Positions 1 to 10,711 of a stretch of 64,000 nt of DNA are shown in pieces (position 1 is the first letter of the stretch; each line of letters begins with the position of its first letter). Position numbers and translations under genes: made by a program. Source of the stretch: an uncultured Planctomycetota bacterium (GTDB lineage: Bacteria > Planctomycetota > Planctomycetia > Isosphaerales > Isosphaeraceae). The stretch lies in the NCBI GenBank assembly GCA_963823665.1, contig CAWGMQ010000008.1, positions 1,504,001 to 1,568,000 of the forward strand, in the 5' to 3' direction. The notes beneath the pieces were generated by a model, which was not told where the DNA came from, did no database searches, and was given only the letters and a program-made list of their open reading frames with translations.

Positions 1-235
1 CCACATAGTCAGGGTTGGCAGCCCGTTCGACATTCAGGAGCGTCATGAAGCGAATCAGTCTCGCTGGATTCCTGCTTTCGTCGTGTACGCGCGCGAGTTC
101 CTTCATGTCGTCGTTCGCCTCCCAGACGCGGAGAGCGTGTGAGTATTCCCGTGCAAGGAATGTGCACTCGTCGTCGGCCTGATTCCATGTATGAAGTTCG
201 ACGAGAATGAGGACCGATACGGTAACGGTAAGCAT
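1..235 (-). CDS. 5' part of a probable exported protein running off the window edge
   Basis: My own translation: ATG at 235 gives MLTVTVSVLILVELHTWNQADDECTFLAREY..., open to position 1 with a hydrophobic N-terminus. Not in the ORF track because it has no stop in the window. Confidence 0.3.
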   Translation of the reverse strand, partial: MLTVTVSVLILVELHTWNQADDECTFLAREYSHALRVWEANDDMKELARVHDESRNPARLIRFMTLLNVERAANPDYV

Positions 236-493
236 GTTTGCGCTCCAAATCGAGCGAACGGCACAGGCCGTGGAAGCTATGGTACACGTTGTGAGCGCTA
301 TCGGCACTCCTGTCGCCTTTCCGGGCATTGCCGAGCTGTCGGGACGACGGACGGGCCTTAGGGATCGTTCGGGACGCGGATCGCGGCGTTGATTGCAAAA
401 GCCGGTTCCTACCGATTGGGTGATGTGTCGGCATTTTACCAAATGTCGCCGGGATGGTGCGGACAACAAAGGATACCTGCCTTCGAGCCGATG

Positions 494-1330
494 TCATGCC
501 GGTGCTTCGCGAATCCTCATCGATACCCGTCGGAGGCACCAAGAAAGGAACAACGCTCCTACCCCGAGGCTGAGCAACCAGTATACCATCCCTTCCGCCC
601 TCCGTTTGCCACCGGTTCGATCGATCTCGGGAAGGCCGTATGCCCCGAGCTTGAAGTCCGCCTCGGAGAGGTTTGCCGATTCTAGCATGGCGAGCTCGAA
701 GACGCTGACATACGTGTTCTTCGGATGCGTGACGGTAACTCGCCGTGCAACGTCGATTCCATCCGGCGTTCGCTCGTACTCTACCACGCGGTGGAATGGG
801 CGATCCTTTCGCCCCGGCCGATAACACTCGGACTCGACAGTGCGCCATCCGTCAGTTGGCGAGACGACCACCCAGCCGGAGTCGAAAAACACTCGGGTAG
901 ACGGTTTAAGCTTGAATTCCAATTTTAGCAGGCGCTGCGCACCTCGATCAACCGGCGAAACGCTCGTTATTTCGAAGCCATCGCTACTAACAACATCGCG
1001 AGCAAGGTACTCATCGATGCATTCCGGGGCAAACACGAACTGACCGACACGCTGCACGAATGACTGATCACGCTCGGTTTCGGTAGCATCATTGACCCCT
1101 GCGAGCGACCAAACGCGGTCGCGCGTCAATCTACGGAGACTAAACGCGTAGCTCGCGGTCGTCGAATGAACTTCCTCAACGTGAAGAGTGGAGTTCTCAC
1201 GTTGGTCGTCGACGCAAAGCTCAACCTTGTGCAAATCCTTTCCGATGCTAAATCGATAGGAGTGGAAGAGTGCCCTCTTCTCCTGTCCTTTCGAGGCGGG
1301 AAATCGCGTTGTCCGGGTCGCCTTCCCCAC
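494..1330 (-). CDS. Hypothetical protein with C-terminal membrane anchor, probably N-terminally truncated
   Basis: 278-aa ORF ending in F-x-L-x-x-Y-G-L-P-E followed by a TM helix (YWLLSLGVGALFLSWCLRR). No signal peptide at the visible start. Confidence 0.55.
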   Translation of the reverse strand: MGKATRTTRFPASKGQEKRALFHSYRFSIGKDLHKVELCVDDQRENSTLHVEEVHSTTASYAFSLRRLTRDRVWSLAGVNDATETERDQSFVQRVGQFVFAPECIDEYLARDVVSSDGFEITSVSPVDRGAQRLLKLEFKLKPSTRVFFDSGWVVVSPTDGWRTVESECYRPGRKDRPFHRVVEYERTPDGIDVARRVTVTHPKNTYVSVFELAMLESANLSEADFKLGAYGLPEIDRTGGKRRAEGMVYWLLSLGVGALFLSWCLRRVSMRIREAPA

Positions 1331-1409
1331 TAGGTTTTCATCGTCGAGCCGGCCGTCTTGGCGACGCGCTTTCGCAGCCGGCGTGGCATTCGGGCCTTAC
1401 CGGGCATCG

Positions 1410-1821
1410 CTAGAAACCCTCGGGCTCCGGCAGCGGATGCCCTCGGTATTTCAACAACAGAATGACATATGAGCGTTTGATCACGAGACGGTCGCCCTCG
1501 GCGCGAAGCTCAGCAAGCACCTGGCGCTCCCGGTTCGTCAACGTACCGCGCTGGCTCTTCTCGAGAAGGCGCTCCATTCGGCGCTGTTTAGCCGGCCCCA
1601 GACTGCTTGCCGCGATTTTCAGCAGCGCGGCATCCACTAAATCCTCCATCGCATCGAGTTCCGCACGGTGCTCGACTGGTACTTTCTCTAGCGAAGGCGT
1701 CGCGGCCCGGACGATATCCACCAGGGCCTTTTTCCATCGGTCGGTTCATCCCTTTGGCAGCGCGGCGGAGGCGCTCGTAAACATCTGCAGGAAGCTCAAG
1801 CCTAAGCACAGGCTGCCTCAT
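1410..1821 (-). CDS. Small antitoxin-like / ribbon-helix-helix-like protein (one frameshift near 1730)
   Basis: MRQPVLRLELPADVYERLRRAAK (ORF 1588..1953 frame) joins DIVRAATP...LLLKYRGHPLP (ORF 1410..1721) across a T-run at about 1729-1733. Confidence 0.55.
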
Positions 1822-1906
1822 GAATCCGGCCTTTCCGCTACCTGTGGATGCAATTCGTCCCGCACCCATTGTACGGCTCGCGATGAGCCAATGGGAGCGC
1901 CACCGC

Positions 1907-3399
1907 TCACATATTGAAAAACGGCACGGGCAGCAGGAAGGCGTGCTGCTCATACAGGCTACTCGCGCCTCCCCACGACGTGTACTGGGCGAAAAAGACC
2001 ACCAGTGTGTAAAACACCGCGGTGACCACGATCGCTACTCGGCCCAGCACGCGGAAGATCCAGTGCCGCGGGATCGTATGGCCGACAATCGATGAGATCG
2101 TCTTGATCGTGCGACGCTTTTCGCGCCGCGTCAGCTTGCGCTCCGGCGAAGAGTCGTCGAGTTGCTTTCGCAAGCCTTCAATTTTTCCGTCGTGAGCGGT
2201 CAGCGGCGCGCCGGCGGTGTCCACGACAACGCGGCCGCGGCGGTCGAATACGCGGAAATAGAGCGACCCGTTCACGGCAGCGACGACGATCATCCGCTTG
2301 CCTTCCGCCGGAACATCACCAACATCCTCGACACCGGAAAGGAACCGCAGGCTGCACCCCCGCGGAAGCTCGCCGCGCCCGGATTGAGCGTACGCCCAAC
2401 CGGTCAACAGCCGCGCAGGCGCGAGGAAGATGACGAACACCAGGCTGGGCAGCCAGGCCGCCTCGCGGGGAATCATCTCGATCTTCAGCAGGTACAGCGG
2501 TATCGCGGCGAGCAACAGCACAAAGAGCGAGAACGCGAATGCCCAGGGCGCACAGCGGAATCGCTGCCGGATGGCACGCCGCGAAAACAGAGCCGAGAGC
2601 TTTCCCTCGAGCGCGTACCGCACCTGCAAGAACGGCAGGAACGGCACTATAATCGCCAGCAGCAACATGCCAAACGGAGCCAGCAAGGGTGCCACACCGG
2701 TGAGCGCGATCAAGCCGCCCGGTATCGCCAGCCAGACCAGCGTGCCCAGAAAACCCACCAGGCCCAGCCGAAAATAATACGGCAGGCGCAAGCTAGCGGC
2801 AAATGCCCAAAGCCCGTCGCGGGCCTCGGTGTAAAGCCCACCGCGCCCAGTCTGCGCCAGAGCCAGAACGGATGTCCGAAAGGCCACAGAAAACAACGGA
2901 TTCGCCCGCCGCGCAGGCATGAGACGCCGATATGCAACATCGCCAGGAGCGTCACCGCCACAAAGACACCGCGCCATAGGATAGCGGTGCGGCCGCCAGG
3001 GTTGATCAGCTCGGCCGACCGCGCGTAAGCCCCGGCAAACCACGTCGGCACGAGCGAGAGCCAGATGCCCGCCGCGACTCCCCCGACACGGGCCGCCTTG
3101 CGCACGCCCACGAACCCATCGCGGATTCGGCCGGATCGCGCCACTCGCGCTGACGATTCCAGGAAATAACCGAGAGTGAGGACGTTGACGATCGGAATCG
3201 CCGCCAGGAACGAAAGGCCGAGCACAAGTGAGATTGCGCCGAAGATCCACTCGAGAAACGACGCGATGCCGCGCTGGAGCGCTCGCAAGCCGGCCCAAAG
3301 CCTCGTTCGCAGCCTCCTCGGCCGCGCAGGCGCGACCTCCGGCTCGTCGAACTCCGCAATGAATTCCCGTTCATCATCGACCAGCAGCACGTCTTCCAT
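1907..3399 (-). CDS. Multi-pass membrane protein (DUF4013-like), frameshift near 2830, carrying a 98-aa soluble insertion
   Basis: ORF 2710..3399 (TM helices, LGYFLESSARVARSGR) continues in the frame of ORF 1907..3298 (TM helices, LYEQHAFLLPVPF). Confidence 0.65.
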
Positions 3400-3464
3400 G
3401 CAGGGTACTACCCGGTGCGCCAGACGCGGGTTTCGCGCGATGCAGAACAGGATGGCTCAATCCG

Positions 3465-4782
3465 TCACCGAGAGGCCGCATGGGCGATCGGCCAGAAGTC
3501 GCCGCGGCGGGTAGCCGTGCGCTGAAGTGCGCGTTCGCGCTCGAGCCGCGTTTGCTCGTAAAGCGCGCGGTAGAGCTGCTCATCCGCCTCGCTGAAGGCT
3601 TTCCCCCGCCGGCCGACCACCGTTCTGGCGGTCTCGAACATCTTGTCGAGGGGGAAGCCCGGCGCCACGCGGCCATACGAGACGGCCGTGAACGACGGCA
3701 CGTGCTTCGGCAGCAGGATCCCGGCGGGCAGAACGTTGCACATCACGCCGATCGACGTCCCGGTGTTCAACATGCTCCCCATCCCCGTGCGCGTGTGATC
3801 GCCGATGAAACACCCGACCTTCGCCTGTCCGGTCGGGATCGGGTCGCCCTGAAGCGGAACCGAAACCTCGCCATAGTCGTTCCGCAGGTCGCTGTTCGAC
3901 GTGATCGCCCCCAGATTCACCCACTCCCCAACGTACGCGTGCCCCAGAAATCCTTCGTGGTATTTGTTCGAGAAACCATGCACGATCGATGCCTCGACCT
4001 CGCCGCCGATCCGGCAGTTCGGCCCGATCGTCACGGCGCCCCGCAGGTTGGCGCGGAAAAGCTGTGAATCGGCCCCGATCGAACACGGTCCTTCGATACG
4101 CGTGAACGGCTGTACCCAGACGTTCGGTCCCAGCGTGATCGGGCCGTTTACCGTATCGAACACAGTGTACGGATCAATCCGCGCGGTTCTCGTGAATCCA
4201 CAGTCGATCAACCGGCCCCACGAGCGCAAGTTTTGCCAGGTGCCGGTTACTGACGCCGGACTTGCCGGCCGAGGTGAAATCGCGTTGCAGATGATCGGCG
4301 TTCTTCGAGACAAGGTCCCACGGGCGCTCGATCCATTCGCCGCCCACCTCCAGACCCCCGTGCGCAGAGGCCATCCGCTCAAACCACGCGTCAACCCCTT
4401 GCGGCTCGAGCGAGACCGCGTCCTCCGGCCCCACCCAAGCGAGCGCCGGCATCCCGTTGCAAAGCCCAACCCACGAACCGAAACATTCGGGCATTGCAAG
4501 CCCCACCGGTGGTACCCACCGGCTGTTCGCAACGATCACCGGCCCTCTCGCCAGCCAGTCTCGGTCGTTGACCACCATGTGCGGTACGCGCTCTCGCTCG
4601 ACTTCAACGAGGTGCGACCGAATCACACAACTCCGTCGCTGAGGTCCCGGACCAATTCCTAGCGTGCGAGATATCTTGCACTCAATTGTTGATGCTCCGA
4701 GCATCAACTCGTGCGCGGGTCGCGTCAGAACGAGGGGTTCGAGCCGGCAGACTCCGTGATCTTCGGCGAGGCAGAGACGCAT
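3465..4782 (-). CDS. GlmU-like putative sugar nucleotidyltransferase / hexapeptide-repeat acyltransferase (frameshift near 4185)
   Basis: N-terminal LEPLVLTRPAHELMLG motif; C-terminal left-handed beta-helix repeats with IGGEVEASI, NKYHEGFLGHAYVGEWVNLGA and KVGCFIGDH. Confidence 0.8.
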
Positions 4783-5300
4783 AATCCCTCCGTGCATCGT
4801 GACTTCCGTCTGGGAGTCCGATCGAAAGAATGTTGATTCTCCAAAGAGCGCTGGCCAGGATACGGGAGACAGGTGATGCCGGCTCTTGATGTGGAATGGG
4901 TGCAATCCATTCTATGCCGATTCCGCTATCGCTGCTAGATCGGCCGGCGCAGAACCCGCATTTTTGGATGGTTGAGCTCAGGCAACGGCCGAGGCCTGGA
5001 TGACGATTATTCCGGCTCCAACCGCAGTCTGACGGCTGGCCGGTGGCTGTTCCGGGCGGTACACTAGTTATGTGAGCTGATGGAGTCGCCCTGCGCAATG
5101 CGGAAGCCGGCTCAGCCGGATTTGCGCGGGGTGAGTCTTTCGGCTCGGGCGTTCGGCCGGGTTGGTCGAACGCGCGACTGGTCGCGAACGACGGCCCGTC
5201 GCGGGAAGTGTGCCTGATCATCGAGATCGGCCCGACCGGTCTCCAGCACGATCGGGTATGACTTCCCTGGCTTTTCCCGCGTCGCGCGGGGAGGTGTCTC

Positions 5301-5564
5301 GTGTCCGTCTTGATCAAACCAGAGAAGATGAATTCGTCCGTTCTTGACGGCGTTTCGCCCAATCGTGTCGCGGGCGCCGAAGAAGCGAGGTTGTCGCACA
5401 GCATGCGGCCGCTTCGCCGCGAGTACGAGCCGCTCGAAGAGGCCTTCGAAGACAGCGAGGCACCCGAGCGTGGCATCCTAGTGCGTGTGGAAGCGCCCGA
5501 CGCGGGCGAACCGCAATTCCCTCATGATGATCGGGAGTTCAGGCATGGCAGAAGTAGGGGCTGA
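5301..5564 (+). CDS. Small hypothetical protein
   Basis: 87-aa ORF with a strong Shine-Dalgarno (GGAGGT) just before the GTG start. No recognisable domain. Confidence 0.4.
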   Translation: MSVLIKPEKMNSSVLDGVSPNRVAGAEEARLSHSMRPLRREYEPLEEAFEDSEAPERGILVRVEAPDAGEPQFPHDDREFRHGRSRG

Positions 5565-5776
5565 GCGGTCGGGCCAGGAGCCTGTGACGGACCTCGTGGT
5601 CCCACCGCACGGCTCTGTTGGCCCGCTCTTTCCGTGACCCTTTTGCGAGGGCGAGATGCCGGCAGCGCACAAGTCGCTGTGTTCAGGTTCTTGCCCTCGT
5701 TTGCGTCTCCTCCCAGCCGACAAGTGTGACGGCGCCAGGAGTCGGGAAATTGCGCGATCACCGGCGATCGCAGCGC

Positions 5777-7492
5777 TTACGGTGTGCCGCCTCCAACCAC
5801 CGCACCGGGCGCAACGTGCGCGTAGATCCAAACGATCACACCCACGATGAGCGCAAGCGCGATGCTGTGCCAGAAGACCGTGCGCAGCAGCTCTCCCTCC
5901 CGCCCGCCTTCCCCCGTCGCCGCCGCGGCAACGACGATCGATTGAGCGTCGATCATCTTCCCCATCACCCCACCCGTCGAATTGGCCGATGCCATCAAGA
6001 TCGGATTCAGACCCAATTTCACCGCCGTGATCTTCTGAAGATCGCCGAAAAGGACGTTGCTCGACGTGTCCGAGCCGGTGAGTGCGACCCCGAGCCAGCC
6101 GAGCAGCGTCCCGAAGATGGGGTAGATAAGCGGACCCGTCCTGGTGAAAGCCAACCCGAGCACCGCATCCATTCCGGAATACTTGGTCACAAAACCCAGC
6201 GAAAGCATGCAAAGGATTGCTGCCAGGGCCGGTGCCATTCTCCGCACCACTCGCCAAAGGAGACGCATCATCTCGCGGGGCGAGACCCCCAGGAACAGCC
6301 CGCTGAGCACGGCCGCGACGAACACGGCCGTGCCGGTGCACGAAACGGGAACGATATCGAGCACGGCCTTTTCCACGTCCTGCGGCTGCGGCGTCAGATG
6401 GCCGGTAACGGCCGACCCCTTCGCAACCAGAAGGTGGAGACTCGGCATCGCCGGTTTCCACGAAGTTTTGGCGTCAAGCCATTCCTTGACGGCGGGAGTT
6501 CCCAGCGATTTGATCGATGGCAGGCCCCACATGAGCACGGTCACGATCAGCAGGCCGTAAGGCAGCCACGCCCGAGCGACGGCTTGGGCAGAGAGCTTTG
6601 GACCTGCGGTCGAGTCTGGGCTCCCCGTCGTGAGGACACCGCTCGTTTCCGGCGCGGCCTCTCGATCGAACCGCCACGTATCCCGGGGCTTCCAGAGGTG
6701 AATCACCGTGACTCCGGCGGCCGCGCTCGAAACGGCCGCAACGATGTCGACAAGCTCGAACCCGACGAAGTTGGACCATAGGAACTGCACGGCGCCAAAG
6801 GTGCCGCCGATGGCGGCCAGGGGGAGCCAGACCGCAAATGTCGCGCGCCAGCTCGACATCACACGGACGAGCCAGAACGGAATCAGCACCGACAGAAACG
6901 GCAGGATCCGCCCGGAGGTTGCACTCAGCGACTCGACATCGAGCCCGGTGACCTTGCTCAGGGTCAGGATCGGGGTGCCGATGCTTCCCCAGGCCACGGG
7001 AGCGGTGTTGGCGATCAGGCACAAAAGCGCCGCCATGAATGGCTCGAAGCCGAGCCCCACCAGGAACGCCGCCGAGATGGCGACCGGAGCGCCGAACCCG
7101 GCGGCGCCTTCAACGAACGCTCCGAAGCAGAAGGCCACCAGGACCGCTTGAAGCCGCCGGTCGGCCGAAAGGCTGGCGACCGAGGCTTTCATGATCTCGA
7201 ACTGGCCGGTGACCACGGTGATCTCGTAGAGAAACACCGCGGCGACAATCAGCCAGACAATGCGAAAAAGTGCGAACACAAGACCGACGGCCACGCTCGA
7301 GACGACCATCCCCGCCGGCATGTAGAACGGCCGCCAGGCAACGAGGCAAGCGGCCAGGAGCGCCGCCAGAGCGGCCTTCCACGCGCTGTGCCGGCCCAGG
7401 GCAAGGAGGAAGAGCAGCAAGAGCACCGGCACGGCTGCGAGAGCAGTCGAAAGCCGCCAATCCTCAAGCGGATCATAACGTTGAATCCACAC
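5777..7492 (-). CDS. lctP: L-lactate permease
   Basis: WIQRYDPL start, EGAAGFGAPVAI, ANTAPVAWGSIGTP, LTGSDTSSNVLFG and GGVMGKMIDAQSI motifs; many TM helices. GTG start chosen at 7492. Confidence 0.92.
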   Translation of the reverse strand: MWIQRYDPLEDWRLSTALAAVPVLLLLFLLALGRHSAWKAALAALLAACLVAWRPFYMPAGMVVSSVAVGLVFALFRIVWLIVAAVFLYEITVVTGQFEIMKASVASLSADRRLQAVLVAFCFGAFVEGAAGFGAPVAISAAFLVGLGFEPFMAALLCLIANTAPVAWGSIGTPILTLSKVTGLDVESLSATSGRILPFLSVLIPFWLVRVMSSWRATFAVWLPLAAIGGTFGAVQFLWSNFVGFELVDIVAAVSSAAAGVTVIHLWKPRDTWRFDREAAPETSGVLTTGSPDSTAGPKLSAQAVARAWLPYGLLIVTVLMWGLPSIKSLGTPAVKEWLDAKTSWKPAMPSLHLLVAKGSAVTGHLTPQPQDVEKAVLDIVPVSCTGTAVFVAAVLSGLFLGVSPREMMRLLWRVVRRMAPALAAILCMLSLGFVTKYSGMDAVLGLAFTRTGPLIYPIFGTLLGWLGVALTGSDTSSNVLFGDLQKITAVKLGLNPILMASANSTGGVMGKMIDAQSIVVAAAATGEGGREGELLRTVFWHSIALALIVGVIVWIYAHVAPGAVVGGGTP

Positions 7493-7743
7493 CGCAAACA
7501 GCTCCCAAACGCCCTGCTCCAAGGCCGACGAATCGTCACACAATACGGTCGAACACGTTCTCGGAATAGAGGCATGCCCCTGGAGATTACCCCCACGGTC
7601 CGGAATGAGAATCGCGTGCTCGAGACAGGCGATCCGGTCCGAAGTGCTGTCTTGACCGGAACAGTCGAATGGGTTTAATTCTAGTAGTCGCCTTCGTGCG
7701 TGAATGACGAGGATGACACGACGACCTACCAAGGAGCTGCCGG

Positions 7744-8124
7744 GTGCAAATTGAGATATCAACGCGTCACGGTGGGCTCGAGGCGGTGCAACATCAGTAC
7801 TTGCATGACAAAGCCGAGAAACTGCTCAAGTACTTCGGTCGGTTGATGTCGATCGAAGTCGCGGTGGACCATGGCAAGCACGGGTGGGAACTGGAAATAC
7901 TGGTATCGGCCGAACACAAGCACGATTTTGTTGCCAAGGAGACTGGTTCGACGCCGGAGGCCGCGATGGATCTGTGTGTTCACAAGATCGAGCACCAGCT
8001 TCGCCGCTACAAGGAACGTGTCCAGCACCACAAAGGCGATCTCACCCATGGCGGTCCATTTCCCAGGTCGTCCGAGCAACTCCAGGGAGGCGAGGCGGCG
8101 GAAACCGATTCCGACGAGGGTTGA
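7744..8124 (+). CDS. hpf: Ribosome hibernation promoting factor (HPF/RaiA)
   Basis: MQIEISTRHG...KAEKLLKYF...KIEHQLRRYKER pattern; adjacent to ptsN. Confidence 0.88.
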   Translation: MQIEISTRHGGLEAVQHQYLHDKAEKLLKYFGRLMSIEVAVDHGKHGWELEILVSAEHKHDFVAKETGSTPEAAMDLCVHKIEHQLRRYKERVQHHKGDLTHGGPFPRSSEQLQGGEAAETDSDEG

Positions 8125-8292
8125 GACCACAGCGATTCTTCCTCGATCACCTCTCGGTCGCAGTCTTTTCTCACAAGGGCCCGCGCACGAATTGCTCGCC
8201 GCTTTCGTGTCGTTGACAGTGCGCACGACCGTCGTAGACTGGACACATAGGAGCGGGCCGGCGGCGGGGCGTCCCGTGTGGGGAGTGGGCGG

Positions 8293-8763
8293 ATGAAGTT
8301 ACTGGACTTTGTTGCTCGTGAGTCGATTGTCGTTGACCTGTGCGCCACCGCGAAAGAGCAAGCGATCCGCGAGATGGTCGGAAGCCTCTCCGCGTGCGGG
8401 CGGCTCGCAACCGACGACGTCGAGAGCATTATCCGCGCGATCCTCGGGCGCGAAGAGCTCGGCTCGACCGGAATCGGCATGGGCGTGGCCGTGCCGCACA
8501 CACGGCATCCTACTCTCCAGCGCCTGGTGGGGACGGTGGCCCTCTCCCGCCGCGGCGTCGATTTCGCCGCACTTGACGGTGAGCCGGTCGATATTTTCTT
8601 TCTGCTCGTCTCGCCCCAGAACCAGCCCGGCGACCATCTTCGCGCACTTGAAAATATCTCCCGGCATCTCAAGGATGAGCGGTTCGTCAGCTCCTTGCGC
8701 CAGGCGCGGTCGCAGGAGAGAATCATCGAGGTCCTGGAAAAGGCCGATCAGGGCACACTTTGA
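8293..8763 (+). CDS. ptsN: PTS IIA (Ntr/fructose-type) component
   Basis: REELGSTGIGMGVAVPH phospho-His motif and DFAALDGEPVDIFFLL. Confidence 0.9.
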   Translation: MKLLDFVARESIVVDLCATAKEQAIREMVGSLSACGRLATDDVESIIRAILGREELGSTGIGMGVAVPHTRHPTLQRLVGTVALSRRGVDFAALDGEPVDIFFLLVSPQNQPGDHLRALENISRHLKDERFVSSLRQARSQERIIEVLEKADQGTL

Positions 8764-8849
8764 AAAAAACAAAACAATGCCGGAACGTCGCATCGGTCTG
8801 AAAGTCCCCTTCTGCCGCTTGTCTCCGGCCCAGGCCGATCGAGCCGCCG

Positions 8850-9149
8850 ATGAGCCATGACACGACCATCAGCCGCCGACAGGTGGAGATCACCAACAAG
8901 CTCGGCCTGCACATGCGGCCGGCCAACAAGTTCGTCGAGCTGGCCTTGCAGTATCAGTCCGAGATCCGCGTCCATTACAACGGAAATGAATACAACGGAA
9001 AAAGCATCCTCGAGCTGACGTCGCTGGCCGCGGAGTGCGGCAGCCAGCTCGAGCTCGAAGCACGAGGGGCCGACGCCTCGGCCGCCATCGAGGCCCTCGC
9101 CGAGCTGGTCAAGGCCCAGTTTCACGAAGAGGAAGAGCTGGAAACGTAG
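8850..9149 (+). CDS. HPr family phosphocarrier
   Basis: GLHMRPA (His15) and NGKSIL (Ser46) motifs. Confidence 0.92.
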   Translation: MSHDTTISRRQVEITNKLGLHMRPANKFVELALQYQSEIRVHYNGNEYNGKSILELTSLAAECGSQLELEARGADASAAIEALAELVKAQFHEEEELET

Positions 9150-9917
9150 CGCGCACCGCACGCCGGAGGAGGTGAAGTTCGTTTCAATCTGTACGAATGG
9201 TTCTTTTCTGGATACGCTTGGTGTTGACCGCACGTAGGAAACCGTCGCCGGAGTCTCTCGCATCGCCCAGCCGCCGCCTTCACGCTGGCGGCAGGGGCGG
9301 CCACGAGCCAGCGGCGGAGTCGAAGCGTGCGGCGGCGATACGATGAGTGGAGAGCGACAATATACGATGCTCCGTTTGAGTCCGGCCCTGAGAGCGGTCA
9401 CCTTACCTTCGCAGCGATCTCCCGCGAATTTGCGGCTCTTCTTCGGCAGCCGGCTCGAAAAGGCTCGAGCCCTGGTTCTGAAGCGCGTTCCTCTCACTAC
9501 GGCTCAAGCGGCAGCGAAACGAATTCCAGATTGCCCTGTGTCAGGTCGTTCCCGAGAGACAAAGTCTGTGCATGCGGGAGTGAGCACCGGCTCGCCCAGC
9601 CGCAGACCCTGCGGCGCTGGCTCGGCGTGCCGCCCGTTGCGGGGCGACCTGCTTGCAAGCAATTCCGATCCGACACCGGCTCACACTCCCGCGCATCGAT
9701 CGCCACAGTGGAGAGTAGCTCAAAGATAACAAGACAACTCGGGGCAGCCTGCTCCGAGCCTCTCTGATCGCAGACGGCAGTCGACCCCTGACGGTCGGAG
9801 AAGGCCAAGGATCGGCATCCCCGGACGGGTTAACGCTCTCAATCTTCGCGAGGCCATCACTTGAAAGCGAGCCTGCGCGGCGATTGAGGTTAGAAGCGGG
9901 CTTCACGCCCGCCGTTT

Positions 9918-10562
9918 ATGACACAAGCTACCAAGGTTCGCCTCCGATTCGCCAAACGCGGTGATTTCCGCCTGGTCAGCCACCGTGACCTCTTGCGCTG
10001 CCTGGAGCGAATGCTCCGTCGCGCGCAGATCCCCGTCACACTCACTCAGGGTTATTGTCCCCGACCCAAGATCACCTTCGCACTGGCGCTTGGTCTGGGG
10101 ATCGAAGGTCTTTGCGAGGTGGTCGACCTCGAGCTGGCAGCACCGCTCGAGCCGACCGAACTGTTGGAACGGTTGAAGGCCGAGTCCCCGCCCGGCTTCG
10201 ACTGGACCGACGCGTGTCCGTTACCAGCGGAAGCCCGGCCTCCCCGACCTGGGGCGGTCGAGTATTGCTTCCACGTGCACGAGGACCGCCGCGCCGCGTG
10301 CCTCGGCACCCTGCAGTCCCTGCTCGAGAGTCAAAGCTGGCCTTTGACCCGCAAGCGCCCCGAGCGGGAGTCGGTTTTCGATCTGCGCCCGCATTTGATC
10401 CGCGCCGATCTGTCCGCCGACGGCCTGCTTCGTTTCTGTTTGAAAGTCGCACCCGATGGCTCCGCCCGCCCCGAAGAGCTGCTCGAGGCCCTTGCCTTGC
10501 GCGACCTCCTCGACCACGGCAGTGTTTTGACCCGGACGGGCCTCGAGCTTTCGGATGCCTAG
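9918..10562 (+). CDS. TIGR03936 family radical SAM-associated protein (DUF2344)
   Basis: VRLRFAKRGD..LVSHRDL..RAQIPV..TQGYCPRPKITFALALGLG; this family commonly lies upstream of RNase E/G. Confidence 0.85.
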   Translation: MTQATKVRLRFAKRGDFRLVSHRDLLRCLERMLRRAQIPVTLTQGYCPRPKITFALALGLGIEGLCEVVDLELAAPLEPTELLERLKAESPPGFDWTDACPLPAEARPPRPGAVEYCFHVHEDRRAACLGTLQSLLESQSWPLTRKRPERESVFDLRPHLIRADLSADGLLRFCLKVAPDGSARPEELLEALALRDLLDHGSVLTRTGLELSDA

Positions 10563-10711
10563 CCCGATCGATCTGTTTTGTCGCTCCCAATGGAAACCCA
10601 CGGCCGCCATGCGGCAAGCATACCCCGTGAGCCTGTACGAGCGATTAACCCACGACACTCACACCGCACCAGAGCGCCCTACACCGGGCGCAAGTACCGG
10701 AAAGAGATCGC

